This document shows positions 1 to 9,677 of a DNA stretch of 29,784 nt, piece by piece. The stretch covers positions 1-29,784 of the forward strand of contig CAVZZA010000002.1 in assembly GCA_963779615.1 (NCBI GenBank), read 5' to 3'. Below the pieces are notes generated by a model. It saw only the letters and a list, made by a program, of their open reading frames with translations, did not search any database and was not told the DNA's origin. Position 1 is the first letter of the stretch; the number at the start of each line of letters is the position of its first letter. Source of the stretch: an uncultured Nitrososphaeraceae archaeon. GTDB taxonomy: Archaea > Thermoproteota > Nitrososphaeria > Nitrososphaerales > Nitrososphaeraceae. A program made the translations under genes and the position numbers.

Positions 1-62
1 GGCCTGGAAAATGAATACTCTTTGGATTTGGATGAGAAATTGTCGATGAATCCTTTGGTCAT
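1..62 (-). CDS. 5' end of probable class I SAM-dependent methyltransferase (runs off window)
   Basis: Manual translation MTKGFIDNFSSKSKEYSFSRP resembles the 'DnFS..a..Y...RP.YP' N-terminus of Methyltransf_11-type proteins. Confidence 0.55.
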   Translation of the reverse strand, partial: MTKGFIDNFSSKSKEYSFSR

Positions 63-899
63 GCGCTGTTTGCCTGTTTGTTATCTTGCTTCTTTTACAT
101 ATATTTTTCCGACTTTTTGTGTAATGATATATGTTATTTTGATTGAAACCTTTACCTACCCAAATTAACCAACTCTGCAGGCTGAAAAGTGACTGAGCCT
201 ATCTGTTGTTTGAGCCCATTATTTTTCTAATTTCATTTTTGATTTTAAAAAAACTTGTAGTAAATTAGTGATAAGGAGATAAAGGAGTCCCATCTAATCT
301 TTCTAGAAAAGTAAAATAAAGGGCCAACTCCAAACAATGAAAGTCCAATACTTGAAAAAGAACAAAATATATCAAATTAGTTGATAAGTTCATAAGATGA
401 ACCATATACATTGAGACTAATGACTTAGAATTAACATTTTGTCGACTCCTGTCAGAAATTCATGTTGGACTTTTTCTGGAAATTGTAATTATTGAATGCC
501 CCTTTAAAATGCTAGTTTTTTCATGTAATTTATGCAAATACATCTGGTTTCAATCCTGCCAGAACCAGTCCTGAACCTGTTCTAAGTATAATTTATCAAA
601 CATTATCCTATTGGTATTGGAATCTCTTATAGAGAACCGGTATCTGTATTACCCAAGCCCAATGACTTCACCATAGAAGGATGGGCCGAAACAAGGACAA
701 TTCCATACAAAGTTATGGTAATGGCGATGAAATAGTATGTATACTGTATAGCACTGCTTCAATAAACTATTTTAAAATATGTATTCTCAAAGTTAATTAT
801 GTCTGCCTATGGATTATGGGTGGGGTATTCATGGAAACAAACAGTCAGACTGCAAATAACGCCGACTTTTTTTAGAGTTAATAAGAATAGGTTCCTTTG

Positions 900-1510
900 A
901 TGGTTGGATTTTAATCTTTGATCACGTAGAAGTCTTGGATGTTGCAGGACCTTTTGAGGTATTTTCTGTGACACGTCTAAACGAAATGCGTAGATTTGAA
1001 GACACTTATCCTTTTCATGTTATTCTAATAGCAGAAAGTTTGGATCAAATTCCTGCCATCGTCGGCTTACGTTTGACTCCGGATGTGGCTTTTGATGGAT
1101 GTCCAGAATTGGATTTACTGCTAGTGCCAGGTGGATTGGGAACACGTAAGGAAGTGCTTAATACTGCGCTTGTTAAGTGGATTTCAAGCAAAGCCTCCCG
1201 AACTAGTTTGACCGCATCAGTGTGCACAGGCTCAAGCCTTTTGGGAAAAGCAGGATTGTTTGATGGACGAGATGCAACCACTCATTGGCGAGCATTTGAT
1301 TTTCTATCCTCCTGTGCACCAAAAGCTAACATAAAGAAAGATGTACAATTTACTTTGAATGAACCCATATTTACTTCTGCAGGTGTTGCTGCTGGAATTG
1401 ATATGGCATTACGTATTGTGAGTCACTTTTTTGGATCCAAGATAGGACAAGCCACTGCTAGGCACATGGAGTACCCTTATCCAATAACTGTACGGCTAAG
1501 ACGAGACTGA
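900..1510 (+). CDS. DJ-1/PfpI family protein (likely 5' frameshift)
   Basis: ILIFDHVEVLDVAGPFEVF, LLVPGGLG, SVCTGS nucleophile elbow, ATTHW, TSAGVAAGIDMAL. ATG at 900 (MVG) is one base out of frame with the rest; ORF track start is 935. Confidence 0.9.
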
Positions 1511-1539
1511 CAAAAACAATTGAGCCCCTTTACCTTCCT

Positions 1540-1560
1540 GATTCAAACCCCTTGGGCCCA
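1540..1560 (+). repeat. tRNA 3'-end-like att remnant (GATTCAAACCCCTTGGGCCCA)
   Basis: T-loop-like ATTCAAA + 5 nt + 7 nt acceptor strand TGGGCCC + A, 30 bp after the DJ-1 stop. Confidence 0.4.
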
Positions 1561-1628
1561 AATCTTTGTTCATTATGGGTTTAATTAAGAAAACAGTAAC
1601 AATAATTTATTCGACAGCAGAGAAATGA

Positions 1629-1992
1629 TCAATGCAATATCCATATCAAATCCTGCAAAATTAATTGATCTGTGAACCTCAAAATTGTATCGTTAAAAGT
1701 ATAAATCCGACCCGGCCCATATAGATTTTGTTGGTTATTATAAAGTTTATTGTAATTATTTGAATAATCATGGACATTCGATAACAAATTTTGGTTCTTG
1801 GATATTATCAGGGTATTATTAGTCATATTAGAAAATGTATGCAGTTCCTCATTTACTGTATACGGTTTTTTGTCCATGTTATAATGGATATTGCACGTGT
1901 TGCAATAGTGGCCTATCTTCTTGAACGAACCCTTAACCCTCCCTAATGTAGGTGGAGTTAATACCGTGATGACAACTTTGGCATTTGGCCAT
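1629..1992 (-). pseudogene. Small Zn-ribbon (CxxC...CxxC) ORF reading into the att core; possible split-integrase N fragment
   Basis: MAKCQSCHHGINSTYIRE / frameshift / VKGSFKKIGHYCNTCNIHY...NNYNKLYNNQQNLYGPGRI; nucleotide homolog at 15927-16220. Confidence 0.6.
1705..1800 (+). repeat. att-like site, type B core ATCCGACCCGGCCCAT plus conserved tail
   Basis: Identical 16-mer at 15927 and 20904; tail TTTATTGTAATTATTTG shared with copies at 15927 and 22427. Confidence 0.85.
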
Positions 1993-2159
1993 ACCTCTAA
2001 TTTGTAAGTCGGATTAAAGAACATATTGAAAAGACGGGGGCTCTAATGGTGACGGTGAGTCTCCTTGTCCATTTTACTGGCGTAGATAAAGATCAGCAAT
2101 TGCATCAGAACAATATTTACTACGGCGGTCATATGGACGCTGCTAACCTATAATATCAA

Positions 2160-2410
2160 TAATCTTTTTTCGCTTCTTCAAGCATCTTGCACCCGACCAA
2201 GCTAATAACATTTGTATCCTTTTCCTCCGATGAATTATCAGGTCCACTTTGTGATGCTTTTTGAATGTTCTTCTATTAGATAACTGTGTTACCATCGTTA
2301 CCACCATTCTTTGCAAATGTTGAAGGTGCTGTTGTAGATGTGAATGTTGCTCCTATTACTAATGCTGCTGTCAAGACAGCAACTATTGCTAGAGTTTTAG
2401 CGCTGTTCAT
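2160..2410 (-). pseudogene. Secreted low-complexity protein, interrupted by stops
   Basis: MNSAKTLAIVAVLTAALVIGATFTSTTAPSTFA signal peptide, then GGNDGNTVI**KNIQKASQSGPDN. Confidence 0.55.
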
Positions 2411-2612
2411 TTCGTAATCATTCAGTAGAATGTTATATATATATTTGAGTTGATGAAGTTATTGATTTATAATTACTGATTTATTTAATATGTTTTAATT
2501 GATGTTTTGTTTAACATAATTTGTTACTAACTTGTTTTGTATGACTATTGACAATACTAAATGAGGAATAGTTATTCATCTATTAATTAACAGTATTATT
2601 TGCTATGAATAA

Positions 2613-2716
2613 AGTAGATATCCATTATAGTAGTAGATATCCATTATAGTAGTAGATATCCATTATAGTAGTAGATATCCATTATAGTAGTAGATATCCA
2701 TTATAGTAGTAGATAT
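2613..2716. repeat. Tandem repeat, 19-bp unit AGTAGATATCCATTATAGT x5 plus 9 bp
   Basis: Perfect head-to-tail copies without spacers. Confidence 0.97.
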
Positions 2717-2755
2717 TTTAGGAATATCTTTTCTAAGAAGAAACAACACGCCACT

Positions 2756-2971
2756 CCAGGTAAATCACTACATGATTGGGCTCAAAGCACAGCCGAAGCG
2801 GAGTATATTATTTAAAAACAGACTATAGAGAATCAAACAATACTAGGTCCATCTCTTGGTACCGGAACTACTGGAAAAGCCGCGTTAAAGTTAAATAGAA
2901 AATTCATAGGCATCAAAATTGAAGAAGACACTTTTAATATAGCAAAGAGTAGCATTGCTGAGTTTCTTAGA
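2756..2971 (+). pseudogene. C-terminal remnant of N4/N6 DNA methyltransferase
   Basis: LHDWAQSTAEAEYII*KQTIENQTILGPSLGTGTTGKAALKLNRKFIGIKIEEDTFNIAK matches the VLDPFxGSGTT...RKFIGIEI SAM-binding motif; internal TAA, no 5' part. Confidence 0.8.
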
Positions 2972-3150
2972 GTCACTGTTCAATCAAGAATCTATCTTAA
3001 TTTGCTTTACTCCGGTACTGAATTTATTATCTTAGTGATGATGAGGAAGATGAGAAACCAGAGGATGATCCATCAGAGGATAATGAAGGTGGGAAGTGGG
3101 CCACTTTGTAATCCAAATCTATTTAAATCACCATATTTCACAGAACCTAT

Positions 3151-4008
3151 TTGAATAGGATAACAAAGTCGTCATTGCCTCTATCTTTGTTGATTATCTC
3201 CACTGTGGGAGTTTTATCCCATTTTGGCACAGATTTATTAGCACAGACTCCTGTCACTACAACCTGTGATCCTAATGCTCAAACACTTAAGAAAGGTAAC
3301 GCAGGTGAGATTGTTGTTACACTACAGAATCTATTAGTGGAAAAAGGGTATATAGATAGAGATTATGTAGATGGAGACTTTGGACCCGGTACAGAGGCAG
3401 CTGTTAAACAATTTCAAACAGATAATAGTTTGACTGCAGATGGAATTGTTGGTCCTGCTACATGGCAAGTATTATGTTCAACCGCAGTACCACCTTCTGA
3501 TGAAACACCAGGAATGATGAGCTGTCCTGATGGTAGTGTAGGTACTTCATGTCCGGCAGAAACTTCTCAGACTCAGCCAAGTGTTAACAAACAGATTACC
3601 GCATCTTTGGATGTGGCCGATTCAATTTATAGCGCTAATAAAACTATGTTCTTAGGTTCAAAAAATATATCATTAACCCCTTATCCAGTGACAGAGGAAC
3701 GTTCCTCTGACCAAGGATTCCTAAAAGGTGTAGGAAATGTTACTAACAATCAGACTTACATAAGCACTCACTTATCTGATGAATTAATCCAGAGTACGGG
3801 TAATGGGACATTTGAGACTCAAGATGGAGAAAGTATTGCTTGGATCACTTCTGCTATAGGAAGACCGGTTGATGGTAGTTGGGTTTTCCATGAAATAATA
3901 TTATTCAACAATACGCAAAGCAAATCATTGGCTCTACTAAATAATAGCATCGGTTTAGTCAAGTCTACTGTTGGCAATGAACCGGATTACATCTGGCTTT
4001 TAGAGTAG
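3151..4008 (+). CDS. Secreted protein with peptidoglycan-binding (PG_binding_1) domain
   Basis: Signal peptide; LKKGNAGEIVVTLQNLL...DGDFGPGTEAAVKQFQTDNSLTADGIVGPATW; P/T/S linker; uncharacterised C-terminal domain. Confidence 0.88.
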   Translation: MNRITKSSLPLSLLIISTVGVLSHFGTDLLAQTPVTTTCDPNAQTLKKGNAGEIVVTLQNLLVEKGYIDRDYVDGDFGPGTEAAVKQFQTDNSLTADGIVGPATWQVLCSTAVPPSDETPGMMSCPDGSVGTSCPAETSQTQPSVNKQITASLDVADSIYSANKTMFLGSKNISLTPYPVTEERSSDQGFLKGVGNVTNNQTYISTHLSDELIQSTGNGTFETQDGESIAWITSAIGRPVDGSWVFHEIILFNNTQSKSLALLNNSIGLVKSTVGNEPDYIWLLE

Positions 4009-4403
4009 AGATCTTTTTCGATGCCTAGATTGATTACCTGCTGTTTGTTTGATTCACTAGCTCCACGTGCTCCTCCAACGGCAAATTTAGTTGTTGCCTG
4101 GCATGCAAACCTAACATTTCAGCTACAACATCTACACCTATAGTATACTCTAGAGTATCTCTTGCATCCATAGTTTGTATCTGTGCAAAATATGCAGATA
4201 AAATAGAAATTTTTCTAGAAAAGAGAACCAACCATATTCCGAGCCTCGTATAGCTAAACTAGTTTTCAATATTGCTCTGACTAGGAAAGGCAATATTCCT
4301 ACATCAAAAAGGGATATTAGTTCGCTATCAAATATCAAAAAATCATTGAAAATCCCTGTAACAGAGAAAAAAATTATAGAATCCTAGATAGTATAGACAG
4401 AAT

Positions 4404-5003
4404 ATGAGAAAGATTATTATTCTCACGTTTATATCCCTGGATGGTGTCATGCAGGCACCAGGCGGACCGGAGGAAGACACTTCAGGTGGATTTGAATACG
4501 GTGGATGGACCGTACCATACTTTGATGAATTCATGAACAGGGTGATGGTGGAGCAAATGACTAAACCTTTTGACTTACTGCTTGGAAGAAGGACATTTGA
4601 AATATTTGCCTCATATTGGCCGAAACATGAAGATAAATGGCCTGGTATCAACACAGTAACAAAATATGTCGCCTCAAACTCACTTACAAAACATGAATGG
4701 AATAATTCTGTCTTCTTAAAAGGAGATGTTGCAAATGAAATTAAGAATCTGAAAGAACAAGATGGTCCTGACTTGCAGGTTTACGGCAGCGGCAATCTCA
4801 TCCAGACATTATTAAAACATGATTTGGTCGGCGAACTCTGGCTCAAAATCTTTCCTATCACGCTCGGAAAAGGAAGGAAACTTTTCACCGAAGGCACCAT
4901 CCCCGCAGGTTGGAAACTTATTGATTCAAAAGTATCACCACGGGGAGTCATCGTAGCTAACTACAAACGTGAGGGCGAAGTCAAAACCGGCTCCTTTGCC
5001 TAA
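4404..5003 (+). CDS. Dihydrofolate reductase-like (RibD C-terminal) protein
   Basis: MRKII...SLDGVMQAPGGPEEDTSGGFEYGGW, LLLGRRTFE, VYGSGNLIQTLLKHDLV, LGKGRKLF. Confidence 0.93.
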   Translation: MRKIIILTFISLDGVMQAPGGPEEDTSGGFEYGGWTVPYFDEFMNRVMVEQMTKPFDLLLGRRTFEIFASYWPKHEDKWPGINTVTKYVASNSLTKHEWNNSVFLKGDVANEIKNLKEQDGPDLQVYGSGNLIQTLLKHDLVGELWLKIFPITLGKGRKLFTEGTIPAGWKLIDSKVSPRGVIVANYKREGEVKTGSFA

Positions 5004-5059
5004 TTTCCTCCGTTGGAAGGGAAATATACCTTTACATCCTATTTCATCGTGGGGAATGC

Positions 5060-5273
5060 AACGACATGTATCTCAAGTAGTATTTTTCTTTGTGCTCCTA
5101 TCGCAGATTCTTTTGACAAAGATTGCAAGTCAGCTCCCATGAATCCATGTGAGATATCAGCCAGCCTTTCTAGGTTAACGTCCTTTGCAAATGGCATTCC
5201 TCTTGTGTGGATCTGAAGTATCTCTCGCCTTACGTTTCTATCAGGAACATCAATTTCTATCGAATCGCCCTGG
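5060..5273 (-). pseudogene. cdc48: Internal fragment of CDC48/VCP AAA+ ATPase
   Basis: PGRFDR / IEIDVPDRNVRREILQIHTRGMPFAKDVNLERLADISHGFMGADLQSLSKESAIGAQRKILLEI corresponds to the D1 lid region of Cdc48. Confidence 0.85.
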
Positions 5274-5449
5274 GTGGCAAAATTGAGTCAATTCTGTTCC
5301 ACATCCAACCGGATTCGAACCCGGTTTTTAATAATATTGAATAGAGAATACTATCTGTTTTAATTTCCTTTAATATTCCATCTGTTTATTTTTAAGGATT
5401 TTGGACTATCAGTCGTTCCTATTTCTATAAACCCTAACATGATTTGTCA

Positions 5450-5716
5450 TTATATTTCTAACATCCTCTTATAAAATGAAGCATAGGCAGCATGTAGTTC
5501 TGCTTTGCCTGTGTCATTATTTTCCAAAGCCTTGCCAGCTAAGTCGAGCTGATCATTTAAGGCCTGATTGGCATGTATTTTAAACTTGTTTCGGAATGAA
5601 TTATGATCAACGGTTTTCTTTTGTTCTAATCGCTTAACGAAGTCATCATATCTTTGTACTGATTTTTCGAATTTATCAAAATCATTCATTATGTTTTTTA
5701 TTGTAGATATATCCAA
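5450..5716 (-). CDS. Hypothetical helical protein
   Basis: 88-aa ORF with plausible composition; no recognised motif. Confidence 0.45.
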   Translation of the reverse strand: MDISTIKNIMNDFDKFEKSVQRYDDFVKRLEQKKTVDHNSFRNKFKIHANQALNDQLDLAGKALENNDTGKAELHAAYASFYKRMLEI

Positions 5717-6150
5717 TAAAAATGATTAGTAATTCTTTATTCAGTCCTTCCGATTATCATATTTATTTGGATTTATTACTGTTGATTCAATAAACTTGGG
5801 CTTTTTCGCCGATCATTGGGTCAACCCTGCTCCAGTTATTAGTCAAATGTCATTGTTATTGAAAATATGCACATGGGCAAAAAAATAGTCAAATTTGTTG
5901 CTAATCTCCCCTTCCCTAACCATACCGAAGGTTTCAAATGGTGTGCTAAGACACTTGCAACCAAGTAAAATTGTTTTGGCAATGAAGAATAAGAATAATA
6001 CAATTAATACATTTAAAATAATTATTGCTTAGTTGCAACAAATATAGGAAATATGATTAAGAACAAAATAGCGAAAAGCAGAGTTCTTTATGACGAATTA
6101 AATTATGCATTCATTAAAACCCTCTCTTTTACTCATCAGAAATTACAGAC

Positions 6151-6466
6151 TCATTCTGCCCTCCAAAATAGCTGTTTATCTTTAATTTTATTCCATCCTT
6201 CCTCTTTTGAGGGAACAACTTCCACTTTGATATTATCAAAATATCTGTCCAATACCGTTTCTTTTTTCCATTGCTAAAGGTGGCAAGCAATAATCTTCTT
6301 CAATCCATACTGCATACTCGCCATGATCATTTAATCTTGCATTTCTTAGACCATATTGCAGTGATTTTCCAAATGGGATTAAAGTACGAATCATTCCATG
6401 GTCTATGTCATAACGGAGATCGGCAATATTGTCTTTGGGTTTGGCTTTTACTAAATAAAAGGCCAT
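6151..6466 (-). pseudogene. Conserved hypothetical protein (WxEEDYCxPPLA motif), frameshifted in an A-run
   Basis: MAFYLVKAKP...WIEEDYCLPPLAMEK continues in another frame as ETVLDRYFDNIKVEVVPSKEEGWNKIKDKQLFWRAE*. Confidence 0.7.
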
Positions 6467-6702
6467 ATCATATATTGAATATTAATAGTTAAAAAGCAGT
6501 AGCCTTTTGCAACTATAAGTCTATATTCAAAGAAAAAAAGTTTTATTCAAGTTGTAATAATAAAATACTTGAGTTAAGATTCATTAAAACATCATCTTCA
6601 TAATCATTTTACAATCCATTATATTTTAGTTGGAAAAATAATATTTGAAATGAACATGTATCGATCATTTTTATTTCCTCCTTAGAATTTGTCATATTCA
6701 TA

Positions 6703-6740
6703 TTAAAGGCAAAAATATCGTGCAAACTACCTGGCCCATA
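6703..6740 (+). repeat. Degenerate type B att-like site
   Basis: TTAAAGGCAAA arm starts 21 nt before AAACTACCTGGCCCATA (13/17 to ATCCGACCCGGCCCATA). Confidence 0.65.
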
Positions 6741-6840
6741 CCAATGACATTGCAAGATTCAATTATCTTAACTAAATCGTTAAGGTCATTATCATGATTA
6801 TTATAATAAGAATTCAAGTCGTTGCAAAATAGTAAAAGAG

Positions 6841-6878
6841 ATTACATTCAAATCTGAATCTTTATCCCCACGGGCCCG
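6841..6878 (+). repeat. Type A att-like site (core ATCCCCACGGGCCCG)
   Basis: ATTACATTCAAATCTGAATC arm similar to 19751 and 20791; core 14/15 identical to 18877-18891. Confidence 0.75.
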
Positions 6879-7104
6879 ATGTAGGCTATTTACTTTACAC
6901 AATCTCATTATAAAACTAATAAGTCACACTAATAAAATCAACAAAATTTTCTTCGTAAAAATTGAAATATGAACCCAGGCAGAACTAAATAGTCCAGTCC
7001 ATATCTAGGTTTATTTTGTTATTGAATTTGTAAAGTTTATTTTAATGAAATAATTATCAAATCTTCCTATTTATTTATATAAAAAAAGTTAATCTTATAA
7101 ACTC

Positions 7105-7140
7105 GATTACATCCAAATTTGACAAATGTCCGACCCTGCT
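7105..7140 (+). repeat. Degenerate att-like site
   Basis: GATTACATCCAAAT arm, TTA 21 nt before GTCCGACCCTGCT. Confidence 0.55.
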
Positions 7141-7794
7141 TATGTCAACGACATTTAATGTTATATGATCAATCAAAATGAAATATAATTATTCTATCAT
7201 TTTACTCTCAATTCAGTTCATTTGATAAATGCGATGTAGTAAAGATTACATTGAAACAGCATGTATGTCATGTGGCTGAGGCCACAATGTTGACCTGTTC
7301 CTGCAAAACTTTAACACACTTAAAAGTTCGAGAATTGGCTTGGCTTGGTGCAACTGTTTTGCAGTATCATAATCTGTAGAAAGACAATTTTGGGATAGGC
7401 TCTAAATAATAGTTAAATTCCTTGATAATATTTTCGTTTCATTTAGATATTTGTATTATAAGAAAAGTGGACTCTGCTCAAGTAACAAAAAAAGCCTTAT
7501 GCCATTACAGCATGTTTATGAATATAATCTTGGCATTTACGGATAAAAATTCTAATAATTTTAATTATGGAAACGATTTTGAATTTAGTGATAATTTAAT
7601 AATACTAAAGAAAGTAAAGTCATTAAGGCAGTTGAGAAGGACAGAGAAAGAGTTGGTTAGGCTAAACTACATGGGGGTGATTATTAAGGGCTTTACCTTA
7701 AAGGGTACACAGCAGTATATACCAACCAAGACAAAGATATGGATAGAGTGGTCCTGCCTAGAATACCTCAAGAAGGCGGAGGAGCAGGAGAGCA

Positions 7795-8198
7795 GTGAAT
7801 GGGCAATTCGTTCCTCCCTTATTTGATCCAATTGACCCGATAGATATGAAGAGGATTACATCAAGCAATTATTCGTTCATCCCATTTAAGATGGGAGTTA
7901 TGGCCATGCCAATCATGTTTACTACGCCTGGTGCTATAATCAAAGGGGCAGTAAGTACAGCGAGTGGCAATGCTATTGCCGGTATAGGACAATCCAAGAG
8001 ATAGATGGATTGGCGACGGCACAAGTAGGTATTGACAAAAATATGACGGGGAATGAATTTCAAAAAGCTATGAATATGATGGTTTGTATGCCTGCAAAGA
8101 TGAATCAAATGAGTAATGCTGAACACAATATGACAGTTAGTATGAAAGATGGTGTGATGATGATGAAGAAATTAAAATATCATAGGGCATCCCTGTAA
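7795..8198 (+). pseudogene. Possible degraded Met-rich protein (two consecutive short ORFs)
   Basis: ORFs 7795-8004 and 8010-8198, both Met/Gly-rich; no recognised family. Confidence 0.3.
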
Positions 8199-8242
8199 AC
8201 ATGAATGTATCTTAGTTAGTTGCCCTGATATTATCACTTTTT

Positions 8243-9025
8243 TTATCCGTTGTTTTGAGGTCTTATTTGCTCAATAGTGTTTGAGACAAGTTGTTCTACA
8301 GTTTCTCTTGCCCTTTCAACTAAAGGTGAATCTTGATGAGACATCAATAATTTATCAAACTTTATCTTAGAAAGCCTTTGTGCAGAGATCACCGCAGTTA
8401 CTGGATCTATTGATACAACAGCTGGAGCAATATACATATGGTCTGCACCAAATACATTCTTGTAGATGCTGTCTGCACCAAAAATAGTTCTATCTTCACC
8501 ATAATAAAGTGATATGTGGCCTGGTGTGTGTCCTGGCGTATGAATGACCTTAAGACTACCAATCATGTCTCCATCGGACACTTGATTATCTACGATTATA
8601 GGCTCTAATTCCATGCTTCCAAATTTCTTTGTTAACTCTTCTTGCGAAAGTCCAGACTCTTTGAGTATATTTTGTATTGCTTGAGCAGTTGGAGGACCAG
8701 GATATGGCGGATTATGGGCTAAATATCCTGCCTCGATCCAATGAGAATAAATTTTAGCACCTGTTCTATTTCTTATCTCATTAGCTGCTTGCGCATGATC
8801 AATATGTAAGTGAGTCAAAATAACACGTTTTATATCCTTCATGTTGTAGCCTAAATTATGTATATAATCCTCTAGTATTGGCAGTTGTGGAAGAAATGAA
8901 GGATCAATTAAGGTTAAATCATCTGCATCTACATTTTCTATAAATAAATAAGGAACAACCTTTCCACCAGGATAAGGATGGGTAAATCCATCTATTGAAT
9001 GTGCTTGCTTTGTTATTTCAACCAT
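8243..9025 (-). CDS. MBL-fold metallo-hydrolase
   Basis: THLHIDH metal motif, HTPGHTPGH, GAD and C-terminal SH. Confidence 0.93.
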   Translation of the reverse strand: MVEITKQAHSIDGFTHPYPGGKVVPYLFIENVDADDLTLIDPSFLPQLPILEDYIHNLGYNMKDIKRVILTHLHIDHAQAANEIRNRTGAKIYSHWIEAGYLAHNPPYPGPPTAQAIQNILKESGLSQEELTKKFGSMELEPIIVDNQVSDGDMIGSLKVIHTPGHTPGHISLYYGEDRTIFGADSIYKNVFGADHMYIAPAVVSIDPVTAVISAQRLSKIKFDKLLMSHQDSPLVERARETVEQLVSNTIEQIRPQNNG

Positions 9026-9677
9026 TTCGATATTGCTTCAGTATAGAATACATTAATAATAAACAGTTTGGGAGGTGTATATCATTATCTCTTCTATGAG
9101 ACGATGATAGCAAAATTGTTGATTTTGAAAATTTAATTAATGTTATAATGTTGACATTTGTGGTTTCTTGTGTTCCTAAGAGGTATAAACCATCTACATC
9201 TGCTAGTGCATCAATGAACATTAGAGACGAATTGGGTATAGAAAAAATATTGACAGGAATAATATTTTTAGTTAGGTAATATAATTTTTTAAAATACTAG
9301 ATCTTGCATAATTAGGACTGGTTAACACCCTCTACTATACTAACTATACCAATTAGCACAAATGCACAAACATCAATCTTTTCTTCATGTTATTAATTCT
9401 TAAAATGATGTATAAGCAAAGTTGACTGGAATTTGAGAATAAACTATCTGGATATTTCAGAATAAAACGGTTAAATCTGGATATGAGAAACTATTCACTA
9501 AGAGATGTTTAATAACTTACCCTAAATGGCATAGCTATTACAGAAACGTTAACAGATCTTGTTTCAAGACACATACCAACAAGTTCTTCCCTGTGGCCAG
9601 ATATTTAGTAAATGAATGACATGCAAGGACATATGGATAAATATAAATTCGTTCCATGCGATAAGATGTCAATTTAG

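Noticed and set aside
1660-1720. Intact tRNA genes at the att-like cores (also 6864, 15927, 18877, 20904)
   Set aside because: Upstream sequence has no complementary acceptor 5' strand, D-arm, anticodon arm or GGTTC T-arm; only 3' ends are present.
2613-2716. CRISPR array
   Set aside because: Units are contiguous with no spacers, and no cas genes are visible.
4034-4338. Two overlapping short minus-strand ORFs as a gene
   Set aside because: Possibly a frameshifted fragment, but no recognisable motif supports a call.
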